Shown in pieces: positions 41,267 through 54,600 of a DNA stretch of 64,000 bases. The notes under the pieces were generated by a model. That model searched no databases. It saw only the letters and a program-made list of their open reading frames with translations, and was not told the DNA's origin. Source of the DNA: Eledone cirrhosa. Taxonomy: Eukaryota. The position numbers and the translations under genes are program-made. The stretch is from positions 57,784,001-57,848,000 of the forward strand of contig OZ024741.1 in the NCBI GenBank assembly GCA_964016885.1. The letters are read 5' to 3'. Within the stretch, counting starts at the first letter, position 1. The number at the start of each line of letters is the position of its first letter.

Positions 41267-44200
41267 GGCTGCATGGAGTGACATGAAAATGTATTGTGAA
41301 ATTCCCAATGTAGAGATATTGATAAAACAATTTCTGATTATTTTCCCTTGTAATTTTCACCAACTATTGTGGACGCCATTGCTGTAGAAAGCTGTATAGA
41401 GTCATGGGAAGAGATATAAAGGTTAATTTAGACGAATCTTATTCGGACATGGCTAGCAGATAATTAGATTAACAAACAAAAAAATAGAAAAACAAACAAA
41501 CAAACGAGTTTTGATCTGCAGAATTGAAATAAATCAATTAAAAAAGTTGGAATGGAAATGTCAATTTAAACTTGGCGTTGCCATTCTATATACACGAACT
41601 GTCTTAAAATTGCCTCTACAAACAGTGAACGTATCACGTAGATCTATGATATAACATTCTCAGTGACAACCCTGCTGCGTGCTAAACTTTTAAAAAGAAA
41701 TACAAAGACAAATAATAGAAAACAAAGTAATTGAGAGTCAAGACGATCTTTGGAGTTAGCTCTACGTGTGGAAATTTAAAAAATAAGAAAAGATTCCGTA
41801 TTTGCTGGAATAGGTGGTGCCTTTAAGGTGCTATAATATCTTAAAATCTCATTCATGCTTTATCATATGTTCTGTAGTTGAAAGAATACATAGTTCTTTT
41901 ACTGATTTCAGCCATTGGGTTGTGGTCATGCTGGGGCACTGCTTTGAAAGGATTTAGTTAATCATATCAACTCCATTACTTATGGCCTTGTGCCTAAAGT
42001 AGAAACAATTACTTATTTTATCGATCTCTTTTTTTTGTTGTACCGCTAAGTGATGGTACATAAACACACACACAGACAGACAACCATACATACATACAGA
42101 CAGACAAATAGACAGGCAGACAGACAGAGAGATAGTCACACACACCTATATATCACACACACATACACACACACACACTCACACACATATATATATACAC
42201 ACACACACATATATATATATATATCTGCCTACCAAATTCCACTTACAAAGCAATGGTAAACCTGCAGATATAATACACACACACAAACACATACACATAC
42301 ATACACAGATATAGGAAGGTACTAATCATTCATATCCTCTTAATTTTAGAATGATTTTATTTTAAATTTAGAAATGTAATTCATTTGTTTCCATAAAATT
42401 TACAAAATTTTTAATGATAGTCTAATTTAAGACTTCTCACTCAAAAGAAATAATTTATTTCCTTAGATTGGCTGTTTTGTTGAAACATGTAAGGTTTCAT
42501 GAAAATATTTGAAATATTTTGAGCAGGAAAATTATTGCTAAAATTTATATTTAACAAAATTCTTCAAACTTTATATTTAAAACTATTTAAATTCAAATTC
42601 TGAAAATATATTTACTTTTCCTTTTGAGAAGCCACCACAATGAAGATACCTAGAAATTACAGCAGAATAAGTCCTGGATATGGACAGAAATGCTATCAAG
42701 AATCAAATCACACATCTGATATATTCAACATTTTGAATTTCCTCAAATGTTGTATATACTTATATCTTAACATTTATATCTTCTAAAAGATAGTAATATC
42801 TGGCCAGATGCAGTATGGTGTAATGGCTAAATATGATCATCCCTCATACACCATCTACCAGGTTCGATTCCCATTTGGATTTTCTGTCCCTTATTTTCTG
42901 TCTCCGGGAGTAATTTACTCCAATTACTCAACTATTATTTATAATTATCTGCATTGTGATGGCTTCTTAAAAGGCAAAGGAAACGTATTTTCTTAACTAT
43001 TACTGCTAGTTGTCAAGCGTGGTGGATTGGCAGTATCAGAACATCAGACACCATGCTTTGTAACATGGAGTTATGGCCCTTTACATTCCGAGTTCAAATC
43101 CCGCCGAGGTTAACATTGCCTTTCATCCTTACGGGGTTGATAAAATAAAGCACCAGTAATGCATTGGGGTAATTGCTGGCCTTGTGCCAAAAGTAGAAAC
43201 AATTATTATGGTTGTCAATTGTTAATGTTTGCTCCTTTCTGGACTCTCTTTGGTGTCTTGGGATACACAATCTTTGAGCATCCATCCAACACCTCCCTGG
43301 ACACATTTAAGGGCCATCACCAGTTCTTTCATCAATAGATGGAGAGTGTAATATATTTTTTGAATGCCCCCCTCTACTAAAGGCCTAAAAGCATCCCTTG
43401 TTACTCTGCATAAAGAATGATACAGTATGGTTACTTTTATTGAATCTAACCATACTGCGCATTTTGTGGTCTTATTTGCACCAATAATTTTCTCAAACCC
43501 ACGAATCTTGGATAATCACAAAAAGAATTTGCTTGTTAATGCAAGTGGCTAAAATGGATTTCTTCTGAAGGGTCTTTGGAGTAACATTACTTGATAGGGT
43601 GTATAGATTGGAGATCAGGGTATCACTCCAGGTAGAGCTACTACTTCTTTGAATTGAGTGATCACAGCTCTGGTGCTATGGGCATGTTGTTAGAATGTAT
43701 AAGAAAAAATCCCTGGACAGGTTTTATGGCAAAACCAACCAGCAGGAACCTAGAGGTAGACCATTAATAAGATGGTTGGATAACATCCACAACCTTGGTT
43801 GGTCTCGCTTGGGAATCCAGTTATACCATTTGGAGATGGTTGCTTTTGATAGCAGTCTCTGGAAGGTGTGTCTGAGGACTCTGCACCAACTACCTTCTCA
43901 GGAACAAGTGGGAGAAGAAGAAGAAGAAGAAGAAGAAGAAGAAGAAGAAGAAGAAGAAGACTATTATTATAGTCATTTGTATTAGAACAACTACATTTTA
44001 AATTTTTCCAATGTTTCTTAAGTCAACTGGATGTTTACACATCCTACAGGCTTAAAAAGATGGAATTGGTGATCAGCCTAGTGATTAATGTATTGGCTTA
44101 GCATCCAAGACATGGTTTCCATTTCTCGCAGGTGCCTCAACTTTTTTCCCATTTGCAGGAGTACTTCACCTGATTTTCTCATCTATTATTTATAGTGAAC

Positions 44201-44806
44201 AACTATTATTATGGTGATTTGCATTTGGATGCACACATTTCAGATTTCATATTTTCAAAATGTGAACTTCCCCAATGTTGTTTATTTAAATTCATTTTAA
44301 TTGAAAACTGTATCACCTGATAAATCAACAATTTCTCTTCACAGATAAATGAGTGAGAGCATTATAACACGGAGCTCATGAAAGATCCATAACCTTTTCC
44401 TAGTAAAGATGCAAATTTTATATGGCTCGATAATTTTCATGATTTGTCTTAAGTGATAGCAATGGCGGATTCATCATAAATCTCTTCAAATTCAAAAGAA
44501 ATAGCAGAAATAGCAGAAAAAGAGAGAGATGGGAGAAGAAAAGGCATTTCGAATTTAATTTAAATCAACAACTGATCAATGCCTGGATATCACAAGTAGC
44601 CTGTAGTCATTAGATTTGGATGAAAGATTACACACAGTGATTTTGATCCATTGCTAATGCATTGTAAGGATTTATTAAAGTCAGTTAAGGCAGTTGTTGA
44701 AATTTACGATAATGTAAAATGGTTTGAATATTACTCTGAAAGCAATAACAATGTAAATATATTCAAATAGAAGAAAATACTATTTAAGCAACGTTATGTA
44801 TGAATG

Positions 44807-44837
<31 letters not shown>

Positions 44838-45229
44838 TTATATACACATACACATATGTGTGTGTGTGCATTTGAAATATAGTCATCCAAAATGACTTCT
44901 ACAAGACTATATCTGTTTCATTCATGTGAAATCTCCTGGTTCTGTAGAAGTCATTTCTATAAATAAATAATTAACTTTCTCTATTTAGTGTATTGACTAT
45001 CTTATTTAACTGTGGTCCCTTTCTGTTCCTCTTCAGAGAACCATTCTTTATCTCTCTCTCTCTCACAAACACACACACACATATATATGTATAGTGGGTT
45101 GTGCAGTTTTTTTGTAGAGCATGTGGTTCAGGGTAAGGTAAGAAGAGTAAGCTATAGGGTGCATAACTGAATACTTCGACATTTTGAAAAAGTGATGCTT
45201 CTGAGTGCAGTTTCAACACAAGGAAATAT

Positions 45230-45440
45230 GTGCAAGAAAAATAATCTAAAAAATTCTTGTGGAGCTAAGAGATACAGTTGACCTAAGAATAGCAGAGGCA
45301 TATTTTATTAGGTGCCTATTCTAAACTGTCGGAGTGACCTGGACACATGGAAACACCTATACACATACTCTGACAAGTAACAGAATGATATAGAATAATA
45401 TAGTCTGATGAAGGATTATAATTCGAAAGTGCTCACTATG
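45230..45440 (+). mobile_element. Decayed Penelope-like 3' end
   Basis: KILVELRDTVDLRIAEAYFIR resembles a GIY-YIG C-terminus; followed by a hammerhead motif. Confidence 0.55.
45400..45439 (+). ncRNA. Minimal type I hammerhead ribozyme
   Basis: Stem I ATAGT/ACTAT, core CTGATGA (45405-45411), stem II GGATT/AATTC, GAAA (45425-45428), minimal stem III GTGC, predicted cleavage after CTC (45434). Confidence 0.7.
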
Positions 45441-45769
45441 AAGTGAAAAATACTAACCCAGCAACAAGAGTCATAGACTGTAGCCATGTGACTGTTCATG
45501 GTAACTATACTAACACTAATCCTAATCCTAACTCTAACCCTAACCCTAATTTTAATTCTAAAATCAACACTCACATTTCTACACTTCTACCTCCACATAA
45601 GTGAACAATAAAACAAAATATTTTAAAAACAAGTTTTATTATATTTATTATATTTTATTATAGTCTAGCTTCTCCTTCTCAGAGAGTTAGAGAGTGTGTG
45701 TGTGTGTGTGTGTGTGGGGGGGGGGGGGTTATGGGAATGAACAAGTGATAGAGAGAGTAGCAGCTAGGG

Positions 45770-46409
45770 TGAAATGGTCTTTAGCTATAAGGATTAGGTC
45801 ATCAACATATATGAGCTCACACGAAGTGCTAGTTTTGAACTTCTCAGTGATGGCTCAATGTACAATGATAAACAGGAGTGGACTGAAGACTGAGCCCTGA
45901 TGGACACCTACCTGTACTTCAGATTCATCACTGTACTCACTTCCAGCCCTCACCTTGCTGGTTGCTCCTTTATACATAGCCTGCATAACTCTCACAAGCC
46001 ATTCATCTACACCTAACTTCCTAAGTGCCCACCATATTACAGAGTGTGGGACCCTGTCATAGACCTTCTCCATATCTACTACAGTGGCTTACTCTTAGCT
46101 AAGTATCTTTCCTGCAGTTGTCTCACCATAAAGAGGGCATCAATAGTACTCCTGCCTGGCATTAATCCAAACTCATCTCATCTAACTCGATTCTATTCCT
46201 AATTAGTTGTGCTATAACCCTCTCAGCAATTTTCATGACCTGATCCATCAACTTGATACCTCTGTAGTTACTTCTCTTTAGTGCATCTACTTTGCTCTTG
46301 TAGCAATTTACAATGATACTGCTGTGCCAGTCATTGGGCATGACCCCTTCCTATACTTTTGATTAACTATGCGTCTGACTAGCTAGATACTTTTAGCATC
46401 TCAGCAACT
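45770..46409 (-). mobile_element. Degraded RTE RT fragment
   Basis: EKVYDRVPHSVIWWALRKLGVDEW..GVHQGSVFSPLLF. Confidence 0.85.
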
Positions 46410-47215
46410 ATATATATATATGCAAAAAGTAAACATAAATAACAAAGCAAATGGCACAATACAATGAAGAAATACACACACATATATAGTGAGAGAGAGA
46501 GAAAGAGACACAAAGCAGCTATAATTTAGATAAAAAGAGTAGAAATAGCTGAGCATGCTTTGCTTTCCAAATCATTTACCATTTTCATATCGGTGCTACT
46601 AGAAAGAAGAGAAATATTTTTACCATTATTTGGAAATGTCTTATTTCTAAGGTATACTTGTATTCTATGAAACATTTCTAAAGAGATATATTAGTATTCT
46701 TCTTGAAAAGTTTCCCTTTTCTGAGTGTCTGATGTCAGTTTTTGGCACACAAGTATATTTCCTTGGAAATGTCTATATTGCTAGAGTCAGTCATGACAGA
46801 TGTGGTTTTACGAGCTTTATTCTGAAGATTTTTATGTCAGTCTTCATATGAAATATTGTCGGAAAAATCTGACAGATTCTCCAAAACCTTATATAGAATG
46901 AAGACCTTATTTAATTTTTTCATAGGAATCATTCCATAATATAACATCATCTATCACAGAGAAAATATTATATTGTTTTTTGGGAAATTTTTTTTTTGGC
47001 TTTAAATTGCTAATAAAATAATGTTTCGTCGTTGTTATGTTTTTGGTTTGATGTGTAGAATGTAGAATGGTAAGTTTTCAAAATATATTCTCCGCTATTC
47101 AATAGAATCTCTTTGATGTTTCAACTCAATAATGTCAGACGTCACGTAAAGACAACTACGTTATCTATGTAGACTATGTTTTATAAATCACATATGTATG
47201 TGTGTGTATATGTAA

Positions 47216-47274
<59 letters not shown>

Positions 47275-47275
47275 G

Positions 47276-47310
<35 letters not shown>

Positions 47311-47643
47311 TATGCATACATATGTGTGTATATATGTGTGTATATGCATATCTATCTCTATATAAATATATGTATGTATATATACATACATATAAACATA
47401 TATACACATGCAATATAACATAATATTAACCAATACATCAAAATATTTTTTTACTGTCTCATGATAACATATTTTTCATGCACCATTACTGCCACTTAAC
47501 AGTAGTAGTAGTAGTAGTAGTAGTTCTAACTCACCTTAATACTTATCCTTAATCATATTTAAAATTATGTCTGTAATAATTATATTCATAACATTCAGAA
47601 CTACACATGCTCTATCACTATGGTAATTAATTATTCATCATCG

Positions 47644-47674
<31 letters not shown>

Positions 47675-49228
47675 TTAACGTCCACTTTCTATGCTAGCAA
47701 ATGTTGGACAGGTCTTCACAGACTGAATCTATACTAAAGCAGGGTTACAGACCTTCCAGATAGGCCAGGGCTTTGCATCTCTTTTACATATGGTTTCATG
47801 TTCTACCAAGTGCATTTTATTGTCGCACCAGCACTAGAGAGGTTATCATGTCTTTGACACAACTGAAGGGTCCCCCAACCCTTTGTTTGGCAAGCCTTCT
47901 ACAGTTGGGTGCTCTTCCAATTACCAACCACTTTGCTGTGTGTACTGGGTACGTTTATCTTGTAGATCATCAGCACTAGAGAAGTTGTCATGTTAGCTTT
48001 CTATAGCAGGATGTCTTTCCTATCACCAACCAATTTACAGTGTGTGCTGGGCATGTTTATCGTGTAGATCACCAACACTAGAGAGGTTGTTGTGTCATTG
48101 CCATAACTGAGGGGTCCTCAACCCTTCTAGGCATAGTGTCTACAGTAGGGTAGCCTTCCTATCACCAACCACCTTATGGGATGTATCAGGTGCATTTCTG
48201 TGTCACTGTTACTAGAGAGAGTGTTGGTCATAGTTCCAACTGAAGAATCTTCTCTGTTCTGTGGGGTTTGTACGGGGGGGGGGGGGAGGATAGATATGAA
48301 GGCGTACGGGGTGATTTGGCAGGATGATGAGGAAGGGGAAGGTGTGACTGATTGAATTTATTGTATATAGGGAGAGGGAATGTAGGGTTGTGAGGTGTGT
48401 GGATGATGTGGTTAATAGTGTGTGGGGGGATGTAGTGATAGAGAAATAGCTAAGGGGTGGTAGTGGAGGGGTTGCACAGGAGGTAGAAACAGTAGCTTTG
48501 AGGGTATCTAAGACTTTAGGGGGTAAGAATAGCTAAGGAGTGGTATTTGAGGGGGCAATGATGGTGATGCTGGTAGTGGTTTGGGGGGGGGGGCACAGTG
48601 ATATTGAGAACAGCTCCTGGGAAGTGCTAGTTGAAGGGGAAATCATGGATAGGTCAGGTCATATTGTATGCTTGTGGCCAAGTCTTCATCATCACAGCAT
48701 AGCGCCAGACCTCACAGTCCTTTATGATGGACTTTTACATTGTTACCATTTGCCAAATTTCACTGATAGGGCATTGGTCAACAAGAAGATGCATAGGTTA
48801 AGTCATAAGAAATAAGTGAAATCTAATGTTTTGGGCAAAGCTCCTCAACTCTGAATTACTTTCTCCTAAATATTATTGATTTTTACCCTAAGGGCAGTGG
48901 ATTGGCAGAATTATTAGAGCATTAGATAGAATGCTTTACTGCATTTAGTCACAGCATTTTACAGTCTTAGTTCAAATCCTGCCAAGTTCAAATATACTTT
49001 TCTGGGGTTGATAAAATATAGTATAGTATAGTACTGGGGTCAATTTAATTGGCTTTGTCCTCTTCTCAAAATTGCTGTCCATTGCCTAAATTAAAAACCA
49101 TTATTGGTTTTCTGTTATGAACTTCTTGTGTATAAGTATTTTATATACATTATAAATATATTTTGCCTTAATAAAATATAGGTAATTCGATCTTATTTAT
49201 TACTGATAATTATTTGATTGTTGCTCAG

Positions 49229-49557
49229 GGATTGAAAAGATAAGTAGATTATTAAGCGATTTTAAACACAACAATCTAGAGAAAAAGTAAATACATTATG
49301 AAAAACAGAATTTGTTGGAAAATGTTTGAAAAGTGAAAGAAAATTTCTTACATGGATTTATATTACTGGAATTGAATTTATTCTAATTTCAACTGTGAAA
49401 AGTGAAACAGTATACCAGACAAACCTCACCTTTAATGCAAGATTTGATGTGTATACTCAATACTTTCAGAGTTGTACTTGTCTGCCAAATGACTTGCTGA
49501 GAGACTGTATGTTGAAACTACAACAAGTACACCAGGAAATAAATGATAAATATAAAG
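49229..49557 (+). pseudogene. Decayed exon encoding a spectrin-like repeat (nesprin/MSP-300-like)
   Basis: With one frameshift: RICWKMFEK/SERKFLTWIY...LLRDCMLKLQQVHQEINDKYK, i.e. W-x2-F-x6-F-x2-W helix A and an N-x-K/R-Y/W helix C end; possible acceptor TTGCTCAG. Judged by eye. Confidence 0.55.
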
Positions 49558-49809
49558 TTAAGTTAATAATATGGCTAAAATAACTATTTCATGTAGTAAT
49601 TGCTCACTGATTTATAATGTGTGTTGAACTACTGTCAGTTCCGCCAACTAATATTCTAGTTATTTGTTTGATCAACAGGACATGAGGCTAGAGTAGAAGA
49701 TACTTGCCCAAGGAGCTGCACAGGATGACTGAACCCAGAACTATGTGAGTGTGAAGTGAACTCCTTAACCACACAGCCATTATCAAAAGGTCTGCATTAA
49801 TGTATTTTT

Positions 49810-51040
49810 TTATCTAATGCCAGTACAATAGAAGTCATCTGCAAATGTTTTGGGGACTGTCATATAAATTAGTTGAAATGTGAACACTGCTTGATATGGG
49901 ATGACACCAAATTGAACTGCTCAATATAATTTAGTAAAGTAATTGGCTTCAGCTACAAGCACTTCATCAGGCCCTCCATCAAATATATTTATCTACTTAG
50001 TAAATCACTAGAATTCTACATAACATACAGTTCTGTCATTTACAGATGTTTCCCTCTGTCTTTCATTCTAAAATAAATTGACATCTAACCTCTAAATCCT
50101 TAGAAACATGCATCAAGTTGATCACGATCGAGTATATTGTTTACTTCTCGCTTGATAAATTCTCTTTCACTTAAGGTAATGAACAGGCAAGCTTTGCTTG
50201 GTGACAGCACTGTGCTTTGTAACATTATATAGTCCAAATGTGGACACTATATAGCCAAATAGTTAAAGAGTTTGCTTTGCAATCATTAGGTATTGTGTTC
50301 AATATTAGTGCATGGCATCTTGGGCAAGTGTCATTAGCATAGCTTCAGGACAAACCATACCATATGAGTGAAATTGGGTACATTGGAAACCATTTGGAAG
50401 ACTGTCAGATGGGCTGTACTTGTAATTCAAAAGACCACCCTTGTCCCATGCTTTATGTTGAATCTCCCTGAGTATTATGTTAAGGGTGCATGTGTCTGTG
50501 GAATGCTCAGCCATTTACATGTTAATTTCAAGAACAGGCTGCTCTGTTGATTGACCAACCAGAACACTCATTGTTGAAGTTGATGGAGGTTCATAATTCC
50601 TATGTTCCTATACAGTCCAAGTGAAACAGTCATAGTATTTAGACATTCACAATTCTGTAGATTGTCCAACTAAAGCAGTTGTTGAAACTAACAGGGGTCA
50701 GTCATTCCTATATTGTCCAATGTTAACATTCATAGTACATTCACAATCCAGTTTATTTGTTAGAAAGACTTCTGCAGTAATCTACATTATTGTACACAAC
50801 TACTGTGCACCACTGTCTTATCTATTTTCTATTAACAATGATTTAATAAAGTAATTTCAGTTCCTCAAAACTTTTTTCTTGGCTTCTGTACTATTTTTTT
50901 CATCCAAAACACTATTAACTGTTTCTGTAATGACTTTAGACTTCAAATATTATTCCAAATGATTTTCATAAGTTATCACAACTTGCTCAACTCTTTCATT
51001 GTTTATGTAACAGGATTGCATTATTCTTCAGATTTTTAAT
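49810..51040 (-). pseudogene. Decayed spectrin-repeat-like coding remnant interrupted by an old SINE
   Basis: EREFIKREVNNILDR/..LMHVSKDLEVRCQFILE* and other amphipathic-helix stretches with stops and frameshifts. Confidence 0.4.
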
Positions 51041-51673
51041 TACGAAAATGCCAAAGAAGAATTTTACTGCAGCCGATAAAAAGCAAATATATTACCTTTC
51101 TTTATAGATATATTTATTTAGTTTATTGCCATAGAATATATCTTCTTATACATAACTAAACTTATGCCATTCTGGGCAATAAGCAATTTAATTTATTCCC
51201 TTTCTTGCAGCAAAACTAAGTTATTCCTTTCCATGAAACTAATCTAAGTAAGAGCCAATGAGGGAGCCTCCATGCAGTTAATCATCTTGCTAGAATTAAC
51301 AGCCAGACAGTTCTCACATCACACCCTACTGTGTTAAAAGTCAAAGGGCATATTGGATAATGCCTTTATAGATACATTATGCTAGAAGAAAGGATGTTAT
51401 GAATGTCAGTTGAATGGATTCCATCTTTTCATTTGACAAATTTAAAATGAAAAGCCTCCTTCAGTCATGATGAACCATAGGTTTGCACATGGAAAGTTCC
51501 ACTCTAAATCACAAGCCTGGCAAGGAGTTTTTTGAGGATGAACAGCAGTCATCCATGCATGCCAGTCTCCCAAATCCACACTACCAATATTATCTAAGAG
51601 AAAGCCAAAGGCCAATATAGCTTGGCATCCATATCATTGCAACTGGTCATTTGCATTAGGATGACTACATCAT

Positions 51674-54600
51674 CATCATCATCACCGTTTTACGTCCGTT
51701 CTTCCACGCTAGCATGGGTTAGACGGGTTGTCCTGTTGTGGGCAGTGTCTGGTCGGCTGACCATGCCTTGCTCATACAGGAACTGATCTGGCTTGATTTC
51801 TACAGCTGGATGCCCTTCCTAACACCAACCTCATTTACAGTGAGTGCTGGGTGCTTTTTCGTGGCGCCTACACGTCCACTTTACAGTGTGGGCTGGGTGC
51901 TTTTTTGCCGTGGCACCTCCACGACCACCTTGCGGTGGGGGTGGGGGGGGGGCATATTGTTTATATGCTTCAGCATGTACCCATGGGAGGTCGGGTACCC
52001 TGTATTACTGCGTGACGCCAGAAGTCACAGTCGTGTGTCATTGACTTTGAGAGGTGTAGTTGGGTAAGGTCGGCTTTTATCACCTCATCCCAAGTCATCT
52101 TGGGTCTCCCCACTCCGCGGTTTCCATCAACTTCTAGTGCTCTGCACCTTTTTATGCAGCTGTCATCCTTCATACGCATCACATGTCCATACCAGCGTAA
52201 CCGCCTCTCCTGCACGCAGCATTTGATTCCTCTTATGCTCAGTCTCTCTCTCAATTCCTTTATGCTTTGTCGTTCACATATATTACTGTTACACATCCAT
52301 CGGAGCATGCAGGCTTCGTTTCTCTCTAATCTACGTAAGTCTTCCACCTTCAGCGCCCAGGTCTCACTACCATGCAACATCGCTGTTCGGATACACGCAT
52401 CATACAGTCTGCCTTTCATTCTGAGGGAGAAGCCTTTTGCAGCTAGCAGTGGTAGTAGTTCCCTAAACTTCTTCCATCCCGTTCTTACCCTAGTTATTGT
52501 ACTTTCTGAGCACCCACCTCCGTTGCTAATTCGGTCACCTAGGTAGCAGAAGCTGTCTACTGTTTCTACAGGGCCCTCCCAGAGATTGGTGGTACTTGTT
52601 TCCTGTGGCTGTTTGCTTGCTGTTTCAGCACAGCTGCTGCATGTGAATCCTACATTCTTAATTAAGCTTCCTGAGATCCCGCTACATCTCTTGTGTACCC
52701 ATTGTTTGCATTTGGGGCAGAGAATGGAGTTCCTACCTACACCTTTCCTACATACTGAGCAAGGCCATTTCCCTGAGGGGATCTGGGTTCTGTTTTCTCG
52801 TCTACTTATAAGGACCTTAGTCTTTGTCATGTTGACTTTGAGGCCCTTTCTCTCTAGTCCCTGCTTCCAGGTTTGGAATTTATTCTCTAGTTCTACCATA
52901 GATTCAGCTATGAGTGCGAGGTCATCAGCATACAGGAGTTCCCATGGGCATCCGGTCTTAAACTCCTCCGTTATTGCCTGCAGGACTATGATGAACAGGA
53001 GAGGGCTAAGAACAGAGCCCTGGTGGACCCCAACCTGTACGCTAAATTCCTCGCTATACTCATTGCCAATCCTAACTTTGCTGACTGCTCCCCTATACAT
53101 GGCTTGTACCGCTTTCACAAGCCATTCATCTACTCCTAGTTTTCTAAGAGCCCACCAGATTACTGCACGTGGAACTCTGTCAAAGGCTTTCTCAAGGTCG
53201 ACAAATGCCAAGTAGAGTGGCTTACTTTTAGCTAGGTACTTTTCCTGTAATTGCCTCACAAGGAAGAGGGCATCAGTGGTGCCTTTCCCTGGTACAAACC
53301 CAAATTGCATCTCGTCTATATTCACCCGGTCCCTAATCAGCTGTGCTATAACTCTTTCTGTTACTTTCATGACCTGGTCCATCAACTTTATACCTCTATA
53401 GTTTCCTCTATCTAGTGCATCGCCTTTACCTTTGTAGCAGTTGACAATGATGCTACTGCACCAATCTTTTGGTATGGCCCCCTCTAGTATTACCTGGTTA
53501 ACGATACGTGTCGTTATAGTGTGACCTACAGACCCAGATGCCTTCAGCATCTCGGCAGCTATACCCGATGGACCGGTTGCCTTCCCTATCTTCATATCTC
53601 TGATTGCCTTACTTACTACGCTGCCGCTGACTTGTACTGCTGGTCCCTCTATAGGGTCTACCTGGGGTAGGGTCTCTTCTTCCCATGCATTCTCCTCATT
53701 TAGTAATCTATCATAATGACTCTTCCATGCATCTTTCTTCTCAGCACTTGTGAGGGCAAGCTCACCTTTATCATTCCGGATACACTTCTCTCCAATGACA
53801 TCACAACTATCTCTGACACACTGCCTCGCAATCTTGAATACCTCCTGTTTCTGGTCCTCACGTTGTAAAACATGCTTGAATTTTCTATCCTCTGCTTCCC
53901 TCCTAGCTAAGTATACTTTTCGCCTAGCTTCCCTCTTGGTCTCTATGTAATGCACCCTGCTCCCCCCGTTCTTCCATTCTTTCCATGCCTGTCTCTTGGC
54001 CTTGACTGCTTCATCTACCTTATTGTTCCACCACCAAGTCACTCTCCTCCTGCTTGAGGTCTTACTCCAGCCACAAACCTCATCCGTCGCCTCTAGTAAG
54101 TTATTTTTTAGGAACTCCCAGTTCTCTTCTACGTTAAATGTCTCTATCTGTTCTTCTTTACTGTCGTAGGCGTTGAGTAAAATATCTTTAAATCTGTTAC
54201 TGGTTGAGGGGACTTTCAGCTTCCAGATCTTTCTTCTGCAGGTTGGCCTCTGTTTCAGGGCTCGTCTAGTTCTGACCGTGAGGTCACTGACAACTAAGCT
54301 ATGTTGGGATGTACATTCCTCACTAGGGAAGGCTTTTGTGTTTACGACCGTCCATCTGTCACGTCCTCTGATGAGGATAAAATCTAACTGACTAGAGTGC
54401 TCCCCTGATCTATAGGTGATCAGGTGGTTGTCGGGTTTTTTAAAGTTTGTGTTACATATCGACATGTCATTGGCGTCGCAGAATTCTAGAAGTCTGAATC
54501 CTTCCTCATTCCTTGTGCCAACTCCATGGCCTCCATGTACTCTATTGAAGCCGTCGCAGTGTTTACCTACGTGTCCGTTAAAATCTCCTGCAATGATTAG

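Noticed and set aside
44345-44760. Idea that in-frame stops in the spectrin-like remnants are repaired by A-to-I editing
   Set aside because: The remnants also contain many frameshifts, transposon insertions and strand switches that editing cannot fix; ordinary decay explains them.
45511-45550. Telomere-like (CCCTAA) repeats
   Set aside because: Only about two perfect units among degenerate ones; too short to call an interstitial telomere.
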